This document shows positions 12,270-25,704 of a stretch of 64,000 nt of DNA, piece by piece. Source of the DNA: Rhynchobatus australiae (Eukaryota). The first letter of the stretch is position 1. Every line of letters starts with the position of its first letter. The translations under genes and the position numbers were made by a program. The stretch lies in assembly GCA_034780895.1 (NCBI GenBank), contig JAUZTB010000001.1, positions 39,605,829-39,669,828 on the forward strand. Direction: 5' to 3'. The notes beneath the pieces were generated by a model. The model saw only the letters and a program-made list of their open reading frames with translations. It was not told the DNA's origin and did not search any database.

Positions 12270-13410
12270 AGCTGGCACTGAAAAGTCTTCCTCACAAATA
12301 TCTAGGGTCTGAAATCTAAATTCTAAGAGCATTCCTGATGTGGCCGTATTCACTGAACACAGTACAGATCACGTGCCTGAGTCCTCTATAAAAATCCCTG
12401 GGTATATTCTGTACGACCAATGGACAGATCAACCAGACATAACTGTGTAGTAATATATAGGGCAGATGGATACACTGGGAGTCTTCAGAATTGACACAAG
12501 ACCCATGAAGTCTCGTGGCCTCAGGTCAAACATGGACAAAATTTCCTCCTGATTACCATCTACCATCTTCCTCAGCTGATGAATCAGTACACTTCCATTT
12601 TGAATAAAACTTGGANNNNNNNNNNNNNNTCACAGAATGTGTTCCAAGGGGGGAATGACTTCAATATGCAATGCCAGCCACCACTGACCGAGCTGGCCAC
12701 ATAGCAAGTGAACCAACACAAGGAGTTAGTCAATTTGACCTCCTCCTCACTAATCTACTCATTGCAGATGCATGTGTCCATGGCAGTATTAGAAGGTTAT
12801 GTTCCAGTGTTATGTTCAACTTAAGTATCATGGCTACAAAAACAGGCCAGAAACAAGGAATACTGTGGAAGTTACCCATGTCCTGATACTCCAAATTATT
12901 TCTGTCATCTGTAAGGCACAAGGGCACAAGTCTGGAATGTAAAGGTATTCTCTTCACTTGTCTGGTTAACAGCAGCTTCAATAACACATCAGGGAATAAA
13001 GGAGACACTGTCCAGGACAATAATTCCCAATTGATTGGAAACTCACTCATTATTCTAAATATTAATTTCCTTTCTCAGCATCTCTGGTGCACTGAGTGCA
13101 GTATCTACATCTCAAACCACATGACAATAATTTACCTGGGCTACTCTGACAGCACTTCCCAAACCACAACCTCTACCAAGGAGGAGGCCAAGGGTAGTAG
13201 TTAAATGGAAACACCACAGATTCCTGCAGATCTTCTGACTTGGATTTGGAAATATATCACCGTTCTTTCATCGTCATTGTGTCTAAATCCTGGAACTCTC
13301 CACCCTACAGCACATTGGGAGTACTCTCACCAGATGGGCTTCAGCAGTGGCGGATGGGCAATACATGCTGGCGTTGCCAGAGATGCCCACATCCTGAGAT
13401 ATGAATTATA
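12270..13410 (+). mobile_element. Degenerate CR1/L2-clade LINE (family B), endonuclease relic joined to the 3' end
   Basis: acccatgaagtctcgtggcctcaggtcaaacatggac...tcctcagctgatgaatcagtac reads as an APE-like region. The tail gatgggcaatacatgctggcgttgccagagatgcccacatcc is shared with 26970-27020 and, inverted, 31620-31675. Confidence 0.65.
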
Positions 13411-13784
13411 AAATAGAAAGTGACTTCATGTTTCAGCTGTTCATTGGCTACATCTCATCATGTGCAGATCTCATCCTTAAATTAACCATTGAATTATGTG
13501 CATTGCTAATATCAGAACTTGTGGTTTTAAGTACGTATGAAATGGAGTGAACGACAGCTTTCAGTTCTTGACTAGTTAAAAGAAGAAGTTTGCAAGTTTA
13601 GCATTATGGCTCGAGGACAGTGAGGAAGTAAGGGGTGGAACCTCATGCCTACTGTGTCTGATAAACTAGATATGATTGGCAGATAACTAGGGAAAATGGA
13701 ATGCCCGAGTATGATTAATTAATAGGATACTGTTATTTTCCATAATTTTGAAAACTCCTCCAGGCACAGCCTCAGCAACAGCAC

Positions 13785-14435
13785 TCCTGGTCCAACCACG
13801 TAGATGCCACAGCCAAGAAAGCTCACCTCTACTTCCTCAGGAGGCTGAAGAAATTTGGAATGTTCGCCTTGACACTCAAACTTTTATCGATGCACCATAG
13901 GAAACATCCAATCTGAATGCCTCACAGCTTGGTATGGCAACTGCTCTGCCTGGGATCGCAAGAAACTGCAGAGAATTGTGGACACAGCTCAGCATATCAT
14001 GGAAACCAGCCTCCCCCTCCATGGTCTCCGTCTATACTTCTTTCTGCCTCTGTAAAACAACCAGCATAATCGAAGACCCCACCCACCTGGGTCATTCTAT
14101 CTTCTCCCCTCTCCCATTATGCAGAAGATAAAAAAGGCTGAAAGCACATACCACCAGACTCAAGGACAGCTTCTATCCCACTGTTATGAGTCTATTGAAT
14201 GATTCCCTAGTACAATATGGACTCTCAACCTCACAGTCTACCTCATTATGACCTTGCACCTTTATTGTCTACCTACACTGCACCTTCCCTGTAGCTGTGA
14301 CATTTTATTCTGCATTCTGTATTGTTTTACCTTGTACTACCTCAATGCACTGTGTAATGAATTAATGCGTATGAATGGTATGCAAAACAAGTTTTTCCAC
14401 TGTATCTCAGTACAAGTGACAATAATAAACCAATT
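13785..14435 (+). mobile_element. Rex/Babar-like LINE 3' fragment
   Basis: Colinear with 11097-11690 (cttttatcgatgcaccatag...ggtatggcaactgctct...ctcaaggacagcttctat...gtgacaataataaaccaat). Confidence 0.85.
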
Positions 14436-17400
14436 CTAATTCTACTCCAATGATAGAAACCCAGTTTCCTCTATGCAGTTAAGGACACTCATGGGATAAC
14501 TACTGCTGCCTCCAATCATGCCCCACCTTGTTCTGTGGAAGAGTAAGGACTGTGCATTGGATGATGATGGAGTATTTACCAATGTGTGCAAGATGTAGCT
14601 TGTGAGTGTTTGACATGTAGCGGTGTCATGTATGCTCGCTGAAGTGAAGCTCGAGTATAAACCCCAACTAATAGATTTCTAATAGGCAAGTCATGAGGTA
14701 CGGTTTCATGAGGCGTCATGAGGGATGTAGATAATGGGAAAGAGCATTTGAAGATGCATTCATTGACTTTGATCATATGAGGTCACTGAACTTTACATGG
14801 CAATGTATGCAAGACCTGAGGGCCTGTCTCCTGTCAGTCTTCTCTCAATGCCTTCAAAGTGGACTGATATTCTGGAGGGTATCCTGATCCTCATCTCGTC
14901 TATTCCACCTCCTCAACCAAAGCCTCCACTGGAAACTTCTGCAGCTGACTCATTGTCATGTTTTGTAATTCTCTAGAATTTCCTAGGTCGACATTAATTC
15001 CATAAAGTTTGCCAGGCCCGATTTCAGACACAATTCATCTTTCCAGGCTGACTTCAAGTGACATTAGCTACTCACAACATTGATCCTCTCTTGAGACATG
15101 AAGCTAATGAACAACTGTATCTTTGCACAGCAAACATGCAAATGAGCACACAGCAAGATGCTAATGTGTTGACTGCATTGAAGCAAAATGTGCAGATTAA
15201 TCCTTGTTCTTATTTTCCAGGATTATCAAAGTTCATCTTGTGAATTGAAGGATTTTTACCAAAGCCTTGTTTAAAGTATTGAGATTTAAGGAGGATTTTA
15301 AAGGTGGGAAACAAGCTATAGAAGTTTAAAAGGGAGTTACAGGGAACAAGATAATAGAAGACATTATTGAATTCAGGGTGGGGAATTGTATAAACTGCCT
15401 GAATTGGAGAAATAGAGTAGTAGCTGCCTGCTGAAGGAGGTTAGAGTTGGGAATGGACAATTCCATAAACATATCTAAATACAGAGAGAAACTTTTACNN
15501 NNNNNNNNNNNNNNNNNNNNNNNNNNNATAAATTACAGTGTATATATAGCATCAACAGAAATTATATTTAACCCAACAGCTCCAAACAACTTTCTTGCTA
15601 TATTTTTCTATCTAATCCATCAATATACTTGCAATTCCTTTCTTCTGTGTGCTTAATACATCCATGCTAATCATTTGAACTGCTCCCTATGTCAGTGATA
15701 CTGCATTGCAACCACCCTCTAGGTGAAACATTTCTTCCTGAATCTCCCATTCGATTAATTAATGACAATGTTATGTCTGGTCTTGTATATGTAGAAACAT
15801 CATTATTTGCAAAGCCCTTTCAACAATGTTTCATTGTAAGGCTGATGGATGGATTGAATGTGATGGAGGATAGGATATCAGCAAGAGTGTTTTGGATATG
15901 AAAGTTTATAAAGGTTTCTCAAAATAAAATACTATCAGCAGCAGCAAATTATGGGCAATTTTGTGCTACAGGCTCACATCCTCCAAGTACTGTAATTAGA
16001 CTTTCCAAAAGCAGTCCATATAGAATCTAAACAGGTTGGACTGAATTTCAAGCAAGCCTCTGAGGCAAAGGGCTAAAGTCTAATCCATAGCATCACCTAC
16101 CTCCACATTATGGTTAAACTGTATAATGTTCTATTAAAATAGAATGTCAAAGAAACTGATTATGTATCTTTGCATACATTAGCCACTCTACTTTCTATTC
16201 TTGCGTTCTTTAGCTTAACCAATGTCATCCTTCATTTGCAAAAGGTACACTTATGAAAAGTTATGAATATCATGAAATTCACATCAACAGAAGTACTTAA
16301 TATTATTTCTACAATAGTCTATTCTTAACCACAGCATGAACCTAGACTTTATTTACTCACTTTTCAAACAATATTAAACATTTGAATACATTTCTTGGTT
16401 TTGGGTACAAACAAATTCATGGAAACCTGTGTGGCATGTGTTTCTCAAGTTCCTTCGAAGATAAACCAACTGAATCTAAAAATTTACAAAATTATCGGAT
16501 GTATCAGAGTTTCATTGCAGCTCATGTGATGGAATAGAATACATAACATATAGTTAATGCTGAGCCTTGTTTGAAAGGATTTGTCTAGTTTTATTGTCTC
16601 TGGATTATTTTACCCTACTGTTGGTATTCAGAGAGAAATGGCCTCCCCCAAGGAAGAAAACTGCTAGAATAATAGCTTTCATTAGTCGCACATCCATAAC
16701 TTTTAAAATTGTACCTTTGGGTGACACTTGGGATTACAAATGAATAAAGATACAGATAACAGCCCTGATACCTTAATATAAAATGAAGAACTGCCTTCAC
16801 TTTAGTATTTGCCCTCGGCATATGTCAGTACTGGCAAGTATACATTTCTTTCCCTTTGGAAAAAATACATGGGTCTTAAAAAGTGAAGCTATCTATATTG
16901 CATCTATATGTCAACTTGAACAGAAGTCCAGAACAATAATCATTAATGTAACATTATAGATGCAGAACTCACTGTTTTATTGCCCAGCACTGCAGTACTA
17001 TCTGAGTTGATCTTGATCAGGATTTCATTAATGTCTGGAAGCATTTTCAGATATGCTTTCTTTGTAAAGAGAAAATAGAAGTATGTCTTTAAATATGTTT
17101 GCACCTGCAGAAGCACGTGGTATTGCAAAACCAGATGGTATGAAGAACTTATGCAATCTCAAGCACAGAAAGCTTTGATTTGATCCTAGCTTGAGGAGTA
17201 AACATAGATTAATTGGTGTGTCTATTTCAGATTGTAGCTTATCCTCAGGTAGGTAAATATCTATTTTCATCCAAATAAAATTATACTTATATGTTAATAG
17301 TACCACAGGGGAGAAAGAATTAACTTTTAAAATATTATAAAAATAAACTCTAAAAAGCCTAGATTTTTCCCTTGGTTGAAATCTTGATAAGAATTGGGGC

Positions 17401-18574
17401 AGTACCCAAATTGTGTTTATTCACACGGAATGGGCTGACACTAAAGTCATTTAGAGGTAACCCTAATCTGAATAATCAAGGTGAGTTTAGTTGCTAGAGA
17501 AACAACAGATTAGGAGCTTGTCAAAGAGGGAGTAATTTATCATGTTGCAGTTTTGTTCTAAATCTCCATCAGCTTAAAATTGGGATCTTCCAAAATAAGT
17601 GATTTAGAAGTTCAGCATCATGGATCCAAACAAAAAAGCATTCATCAAGTCTGCAAGAGGACAGAGAGATCTTTGGTTCACTGGCTGATGCAGTTGGTCT
17701 AATGCTGTCCAGGAAAGGTCCCCAGAAGGAGAAGGAGAGTGATTAGAACAGAGATATATACATTGCAAGGAATTCATGGCACAGGAAGTCCAAAGTTCAA
17801 TCAATGCTGAAGACAATATCCCATTGGTGCCAATCATGTTTGGGAAAATTCCTTTGCAATCTTTTTCAAGTTAGGTCAAGTAAGGGGAACAGGTTACATC
17901 TTTCTTCCTGCAACAATCCCTCAATAAAGAAGTTAATTTTATTTTTATGCTAAGAAACAAATATTCAAACTTAAGACTGGCCTCATCCTTAATACACATT
18001 TAGATGCTTCTTGCAATGGTTTCTATCCAAGCCAGCACTTATGTTTGGATTTCAAACTCTTTTTCAGGTTATTCTTCAACAATTTCTGACCTCAAATGCA
18101 CTTGAAGTGGTCTGGTNNNNNNNNNNNNNNNNNNNNNNNNNNNNNNNNNNNNNNNNNNNNNNNNNNNNNNNNNNNNNNNNNNNNNNNNNNNNNNNNNNNN
18201 NNNNNNNNNNNNNNNNNNNNNNNNNNNNNNNNNNNNNNNNNNNNNNNNNNNNNNNNNNNNNNNNNNNNNNNNNNNNNNNNNNNNNNNNNNNNNNNNNNNN
18301 NNNNNNNNNNNNNNNNNNNNNNNNNNNNNNNNNNNNNNNNNNNNNNNNNNNNNNNNNNNNNNNNNNNNNNNNNNNNNNNNNNNNNNNNNNNNNNNNNNNN
18401 NNNNNNNNNNNNNNNNNNNNNNNNNNNNNNNNNNAGTCCAGAACCAGCAGTACGGTAGTTTCTTGGGTGCAGCATGGAATGACCAAACAAGGACCAAAGA
18501 ACTGAATTTCAGTGTTTAGACAAGACTGCCCTTAACAGGCACTATTTTCAGCCTTAGTAACTCTGGTCAACAGA

Positions 18575-19110
18575 CATCAAGGAGAGAACAATCCAATATT
18601 CGAAGTCCTTTCTTTTTCAAAGAAAGGTGATAGAGGTCCATCATCCTAGCCCCAGAACTTCACTGGAGGGGTTCCTCAGAGCAGTGTCCTAGGCACAACC
18701 ACTTTGTCAATGTCTTTCCTTCCATCATACAGTTAGAGATGGGATGTGGACAATGTGCAGTCAGCCAATGAAGCAGCCCATGCCAGCATACAACAATGCC
18801 AGGGCAACATTGAGGCATGTACTGATAAATGGCAGGTAACACTGCACCACAAAAATGCCAGGCACAGACCATCTAAAACTAGAGTTACTGCAACTACCTA
18901 TCCTTGACGTTCAATGGCATTACCATCACCAACTACCCCCACCATCAATATCCTAGGAATCACCATTGATTAGACACTCAGCTGGAGCATACACATAAAT
19001 ACATAAAATCAGGTCAGAGGCTGGGTGTCCTGCAGTGACTGACTCACTTCCTGATGCCTGAAAGACCAAAAAGGAGTGTTATAGAACATCTTCCACTTGC
19101 CTGGATGACA
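18575..19110 (+). mobile_element. Degenerate LINE family B RT fragment
   Basis: tgataaatggcaggtaacactgcaccacaaaaatgccagg...accatcaatatcctaggaatcaccattga matches the reverse complement of 32100-32260. Confidence 0.6.
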
Positions 19111-19960
19111 ACACCTCTAAACTTTGCTGATGGCAGCCTACATGATCGGAACTCCTCCTCCTTCTCAACACCATTTGATATTATTGGTCATACCCTCCTA
19201 CTCCTAAGCTATCTTATTATTCATCTGAAATTCAATACCTGATTAGCAGATATTTATACTAAATCATTTTAAAGAAAACTAAAGCTATTGGTATGGGCTT
19301 CCATCACTAAATGATGAATTGGTCCTTTTCCCTGGTAATTGTCCGAAAGTGAAATAGATTATGTGCAATCTTGGTGTCACATTAGCCCCTGAAATGAGCT
19401 TTGGAATATCTAACCACCACCACTAAGTCTAGCTACTCCTATCTAAAATTGTCCAATTCAAATCACCTGCTGATGATATCTACACTTGTGCCTTGCTACC
19501 TCTTGTTGGATCATTCCCACTCCTGGCTAGCCTCCTTCATCTTACTGAAGTCATAAACCTGAAGTCATCCAAAACACTGCTGCCTGTTGGATACAAAGAC
19601 TCAGTCACCTGTGCACGTTCTGGCCTTTGTCAGCTCTTGGTTAAGCAACACTTCAATTTTAAAATTCTCGAGTTCATTTCTAAATCCCTCCTTGGTCTGA
19701 GCCCTCACTCCATCTCTGTTATGTGCTCCAGTCATCTCTTCAACAATTCTAACCTCCCACTCATCCCTCATTTTAATCTCCACAACCTGCCTGCCATGTC
19801 TTCAGGTTTCAGTCTCTTAAATGCTGAAATTCTATCCCTTAGACTTGCCACCATCCCATCTTCTTTAAGATCTCTTTCAGAACTTGTCTCTTGGACCAAA
19901 ATTTTGGTCATTTTCCTAACATCTCTTTATGTGGCCTGGTGTCACATTTTGTTTGTCATA
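19110..19960 (+). mobile_element. Old L2-like LINE fragment
   Basis: Pyrimidine-rich relic with cacttcaattttaaaattctc...ttcatttctaaatccctccttggtctgagccctc, typical of L2 ORF2 3' portions. Confidence 0.5.
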
Positions 19961-20843
19961 AAAGTTAGTGAGTGTGAGATTGGAGAGACTCTCTTCTAGG
20001 TACAAAATAACTGGGCTGGTTTATCATTGAGCATCGTGTGTGGTTTTAATGNNNNNNNNNNNNNNNNNNNNNNNNNNTTCTATCATCCAAAGATCAGTTC
20101 TCAAAGAGCCAATTTTCAATATCCTATTAGAAGATGGCACAACAAGCAGACAAAACATCAAGAAAAAAAAATTAAATTTGCCTTCAATCACACTTGCTAA
20201 CATTGAATCTAGATCTCTCTCCGTGATGCTTAGCAACTCTGGATACAAATATGCAGCTGACATGAAAAGAATCAGTGCAAATAATGGAAAATATGACTAG
20301 CTTTTTTTTTCAAGTCACTGCTACTTTACTAGTTTGCAATATAAAAATAAACAAGTGTTCCTGTGAACCATCAGAAAGGACAATGGAAAATGGGCCAATG
20401 CCAAAGTGGGCACTGGCACAGTATTACTAGACAGTTATTTAGAATTATTTGTCTAATTCACTGTAAGAAACCTGTTAGTTGCTGAAAGAAACTCCATGGC
20501 CGTATGGCCCTTCAATCTAGCCATGTGATCAACTAAAGAAAATTAATTAGACCATTAATCCAATAGCGGGTTGGTCACATTGCGAGGTTGATCAGTTTTG
20601 ATCCTAATAGCTTTAGTCTGGGGGTGGGAGAATAAAATGCTTACTTTTGTACAATACATACTGCAAATACCATATTTAATGTTCAGATGGACTCAAAAAT
20701 GTCAAAACATGTCAAGAAAGCTCATATTCACATTTAAAATTTACTTCAGGATCAAAATTTTTAAAAATATTACAATTCCTTCTGAAGATACAATGATATT
20801 CTATTAACAGTACCTACTGATAAGTAAAGCGAATTGCTTTTAC

Positions 20844-21010
20844 CTCTCTCACTGTCATCATCTAATAGGATAATCTCTGCAAGAACATTCTTGGGGGAAC
20901 GAATGAGTACGCTATGAATTGTACGAAGCAGAGTACTCCAGGCCTCGTTATGAAAAACGATAACAACACTTGTGTCTGGAAGATCATCTTGGTAGACCTT
21001 TGTCTTGCAT
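20844..21010 (-). CDS. GALNT13: GalNAc-transferase (GALNT13/GALNT1 subfamily) internal coding exon, 167 bp: (G)[55 protein letters not shown](D)
   Basis: Translation matches the recalled GT27 N-terminal catalytic segment ([18 protein letters not shown]). Acceptor ...ccatttag at 21011-21012 and donor gtaaaa at 20843-20842 on the minus strand. Ends in phase 1, compatible with the next exon. Paralogue choice (13 vs 1) is less certain than the family. Confidence 0.93.
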
Positions 21011-24000
21011 CTAAATGGAAAATGCAAAACAAAATGGTTATAAACTTTTCCACACCATCCTTAGCACAGAAGTTAGATGACAAAGGCAACTTATGATATC
21101 ACTAACTGAGAGCACGCATTTTGCCAATCTTTTAATTTTGACCACAGCTGGTAACCACCTGTTGGTTCTTTGCTGAGACTGAACTTAAGCATAATTAATA
21201 GAGCTCAGCAGCCAACATTACTTAGCCTCTGGTCTTTGGTGATTGGAGGCATTGTGCCTCACATGAACTTAAATCAACTTTGTTTTTCTTGCAGAACGAC
21301 AAAGTAAACAAGTCAAACTGTGCAAGAAATAAAAAGGGGGCTACTTTAAAAAAACACATCAAGCAATTCACATCAGCTTCTTTCTTTATATGGCACTCTT
21401 CATCAGATAATGAGAATGTGTTTCAGATTATACATTCTAAGATCATTTAAATAATGGCATGGTTAATGAATAAAGCCACCGTGTTAAATATTTTATGAAA
21501 ATAATTACTGAAGTCATTTTACAGAATAAATTGTTCAATTCATTTTTATTGCATATAATTTATAAAGAAGAACTTAATTACTATGTAACATCAAGCAGTC
21601 CACCCAAGTCATTTAATCAATTTATTGACTTAGAAGTCTCCATAATCAGATTGGTTATTGCTGATAATTTCCAAGGTTATATTTGGCAAAGCACTGAATT
21701 TCAGATAGCAAAATATTCAAATATTTAACAAAATATTTAGTCTACTCAGCACAAAAAAGATGCAGCTGAACAATTTTTTACAAAGCAAAAAACTGAAAGA
21801 TAAAATATTTCACAATATTCTGTTGATGCATAGATAATCACTGTAAAATTAAATTAAATTACTTAATATTTTAATTATAATTGCACTGTTAGTATTCTTT
21901 GTGGTAATATGGCCAGACAGCTCAGAAATTCTTCAACATAAGGACTGCATCAATGCTGCAGAACTGAATTCTGCATAGCTGTCTGACAGTATCATAAGTG
22001 TTATTAATTCATTCATTGTGAATTAACGTCCTCTCTGAAAGTCACAGGAATGACAGAATGAGGCCGATGGAAAATCCAAGTTGGGCCAAACGCAGCTTTC
22101 TATCACCAAAGGTTTTCCTTTCTGAATTTTCCAAGCACCTTTCTGACAGGAAAATTGTCTGAAACAACTGCATTATCAATCTAGGGATAGACATTTAATA
22201 CTTTTTGGATGGTGCTCAGATAGATTATCCATTTATAGGATATAACTATTTTACTAACTAGCAACTGTTCCTTGCCAAANNNNNNNNNNNNNNNNNNNNN
22301 NNNNNNNNNNNNNNNNNNNNNNNNNNNNNNNNNNNNNNNNNNNNNNNNNNNNNNNNNNNNNNNNNNNNNNNNNNNNNNNTGCCAAAATCTGAACATTACT
22401 TCAGCAAGCATTTGATTTGATCTACAGGGATGAAATTTGTAGGCTCATGGAAGACATTAATAAATGTTCATAATATGAGAAGTAATGCAAACATATGTAC
22501 ATTTTTCCAATGTTTTGTTCATTTGCTCTCTGTTACTATACAATTATGCAGGGTATAAATGTATATTCTCCACAGTGATGCTCTGTAACTCACCACGTGA
22601 GAAACCGAAAGTTGAAATCTATGTTGTCTCATCTAGGCACATTCTCTCTCCCAAAATGATCAATTTTGCTGACCTGTAAATTCTCATCTGCTCTTCAGAA
22701 CCTCACATAAATAACCAGTTTCCCTTTGCGAACTGAAGAGCAAACACCAGCCATTTACTTGACTACAGAGAGTATCTCAGGGAAGCTTAATCTCATCAGT
22801 TCCTGCCATCCTCAACACTTGCTTTCTACCAAGGTAAGCAATTTGCTAAGACAAGTTAATGATGCCAAAACAGAAGTATAACCAATTGGTGGGTTTGAAC
22901 AGCAACACTTGGTAGTGACAACTGGAGTCAACAATTTTGATCATGAGCTAACAAGGAAATGTCACCGCAGAGAAGACAGCTGGTATTTTGATGATACTTA
23001 TTTTGGTTGCTCAGTAAAGACTTTCAACCTCAGCAGAGATTACAAGACTGAAATTTCTTGGCACTTCGTGGTAGAACCCATTCTTTGCCTCGGGACAGTG
23101 ACGATGGGGGAGTGGGGTTGGGGAAGGTGAGAAAGGGAAGGATGGGGATCATTACAGCTGCGTTGCTGCAAGCAGAAGTCTGAGGCAAAAGTACAGGAGC
23201 AAAACAAAGAGGAACCCTAGCAGTACCGCCTGTAAGACCATGACTGTAGCTATTGCAAGTACTATTGACAAAGGGGATTTACCAATCTAGTACCAATTTC
23301 CAGAAGATCACCAGTGGAGATGGGAGACTCAGCTCCTCTTAGTTGACCATCACCAAGGTTAGAAAAGTCCAGCAGAAGTTGTTGCTGCCTTCTCAGTTTT
23401 GGGTTACTTTGAGGGGCAGGTAAGTTTCCGCCATGTTTCCAACCCAACTTTTTCTGTGTTTGGTTAGGGTCCAGAATGGTTGATCGTTTTATCTTTCTCG
23501 GATGTGGCAACCAGCTGGTGCCCAGGAAGCCCCACCAAAATGTATTTCCCATGTATGATGGCAGGCAAGTTACTGTTGTCCTGACTTTATTTGCTATTTC
23601 AACAAATAGAGAAATTAAAATATGTAGAAATATCACACTTTACATTATGATAGACAAGAAACAGCAATGACAAAAATAAACAAACATATAAATAAACACA
23701 CATATATTGAGTTCCTCTCTCTCTGCTATTTTAATTAAACATGTAATCTCTTTAATTTCAAAATGCTGGAATNNNNNNNNNNNNNNNNNNNNNNNNNNNN
23801 NNNNNNNNNNNNNNNNNNNNNNNNNNNNNNNNNNNNNNNNNNNNNNNNNNNNNNNNNNNNNNNNNNNNNNNNNNNNNNNNNNNNNNNNNNNNNNNNNNNN
23901 NNNNNNNNNNNNNNNNNNNNNNNNNNNNNNNNNNNNNNNNNNNNNNNNNNNNNNNNNNNNNNNNNNNNNNNNNNNNNNNNNNNNNNNNNNNNNNNNNNNN

Positions 24001-24424
24001 NNNNNNNNNNNNNNNNNNNNNNNNNNNNNNNNNNNNNNNNNNNNNNNNNNNNNNNNNNNNNNNNNNNNNNNNNNNNNNNNNNNNNNNNNNNNNNNNNNNN
24101 NNNNNNNNNNNNNNNNNNNNNNNNNNNNNNNNNNNNTGCCTCTTTATCTTGAAGAAAAAGAAATAGCTCATGTTAAGGAGATCCTTCTCATGGATTGAAG
24201 TCTTAGAGCTGCATCTTTCCAGCTCTTACCAAACCAAAAGGTGTTCCCCAAAGTCCCCACACTACCATCTGCAGTGTTGTTCTTTGGAATTTTGGGAAGA
24301 TTCTCCCAAAAGGTACCAACATGTTATCATTTTATAGGTTCTAAAGCAAGAGCAGTAAAGTAAGCATGATCAGAACTTCAAGTGCTTAAAACTTCTAAAA
24401 CTCAAGAAATAAATTTGTGCAAGA

Positions 24425-25445
24425 ACAAACGAGATAGTAGCAGAAGTTGGTCACACTGTTCCCTGAACCTGCTCCACCACTCAATAAAATTCAGCACAAT
24501 AATTGATCTTGACACCAATTTCCCACCTGCTTCCTGTAATCCCCAAATTCCTTACAGTGCAAGTATCTATGGAGCAGATTTTGTGTTGCTCTGGAATTGC
24601 TCCAGCATTACCTCTGGCACAGCCTTCCATCAGATCCCAGCTCTCAGCACTCTATTGTCACCTAGAGCAATGTAGAGAATGTCTCAGCACAGGCAGCCTG
24701 GTGCAACTAAATGACAGCTTTAGCAGCCAGTGGAGTCCGATCCACAGGCTCATCAACTATCTAAACCTTCATGTTACAATCTGTGAACATCTTTGAAATG
24801 CAGCCAGTAACACTCAAAACATTTAAAACATTTTTTTAAAAATTGCTTGATTTTTGTTTTACATTTAGTACAACAAAACGTCTTCACACATCAAAAAATC
24901 ATTTAAAAAACGTTCTTAAATAAACAGCAAAAATCTAACCACCTTTCCAACAGCCAATTTCTCTGATTTATTTGAATGGGGTCAACACATTACGCCAAGC
25001 TTAACCCAGTGCAGGCTGAGCCTTGGAGCTGGGAAGCCTACAGAAGATTAACTTGTCCTGTTGGATTCCACGAGAGTTCGTTGGCACATATGACATCCCA
25101 GGTAGCAGATGCTGCCACTACATTAGGCCCACAGATGTACCCAGATAAATCCTGGCATAATCACTGGCATTACACAGGAGTGGCATATTGGCCCCTATCT
25201 AACTTTATCTTCAATGCACAATGATTCTGCATTTACATTTCTAGGGTGGAGAATTCCAAAGATTCACAGCCCTCAGAAAAGAAATTCTTTCTCAATCTTC
25301 AACACCATTCTTTTAACTTGAGACCAGACCCACTTGATCCAGATTTGCCCACCCAGGGGAAACATTCATAAAGCATCTATATCCATCTCAGAATCTTATA
25401 TGGTTCCATAAGTTTCATCTCTCATTCTTCTAAACTCCACAGAAT
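24425..25445 (-). mobile_element. Old CR1 3' fragment split by a 625-bp insertion
   Basis: 24425-24570 and 25196-25445 join into a continuous CR1 3'-end-like sequence (aagtatctat|ctaactttatctt...ggagaattccaaagattcac). Confidence 0.6.
24571..25195. mobile_element. Non-autonomous DNA-transposon-like insertion with (C)TAT target duplication
   Basis: Termini GGAGCAGATTTTG and CATATTGGCCCC form degenerate TIRs. TAT at 24568-24570 and 25196-25198 flanks the element, which interrupts a CR1 relic. Confidence 0.55.
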
Positions 25446-25704
25446 TATTAACCTACAGACATTAGCTAACATCATATTATAAAAGCTCAGACTTTGTTAT
25501 GCTTGCTGTGATACTACAACAATTCGGGCAATATTATTCTGGTCTAGTGGCCAGTAATACATATGGGGAAAAATACACAGAATAAAAGAACAAGGAGAAG
25601 GAAGAAGATGGGGCAATAACAATAAAGCTGAGGAACAGCAACAAAAGGACAAAAAAAATTAAATGTATGTCATACTGAAGACATAAACCTATTTTAAAAG
25701 CAAA

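Larger units (their letters stand above)
8000..20843 (-). other. GALNT intron, 12844 bp as assembled (includes gaps)
   Basis: GT...AG bounded between two phase-compatible exons that are consecutive in the protein. Confidence 0.9.

Noticed and set aside
19493-19999. 168-aa Leu/Ser-rich plus-strand ORF
   Set aside because: It lies within a pyrimidine-rich degenerate L2-like fragment, has a non-ATG start and no recognisable domain.
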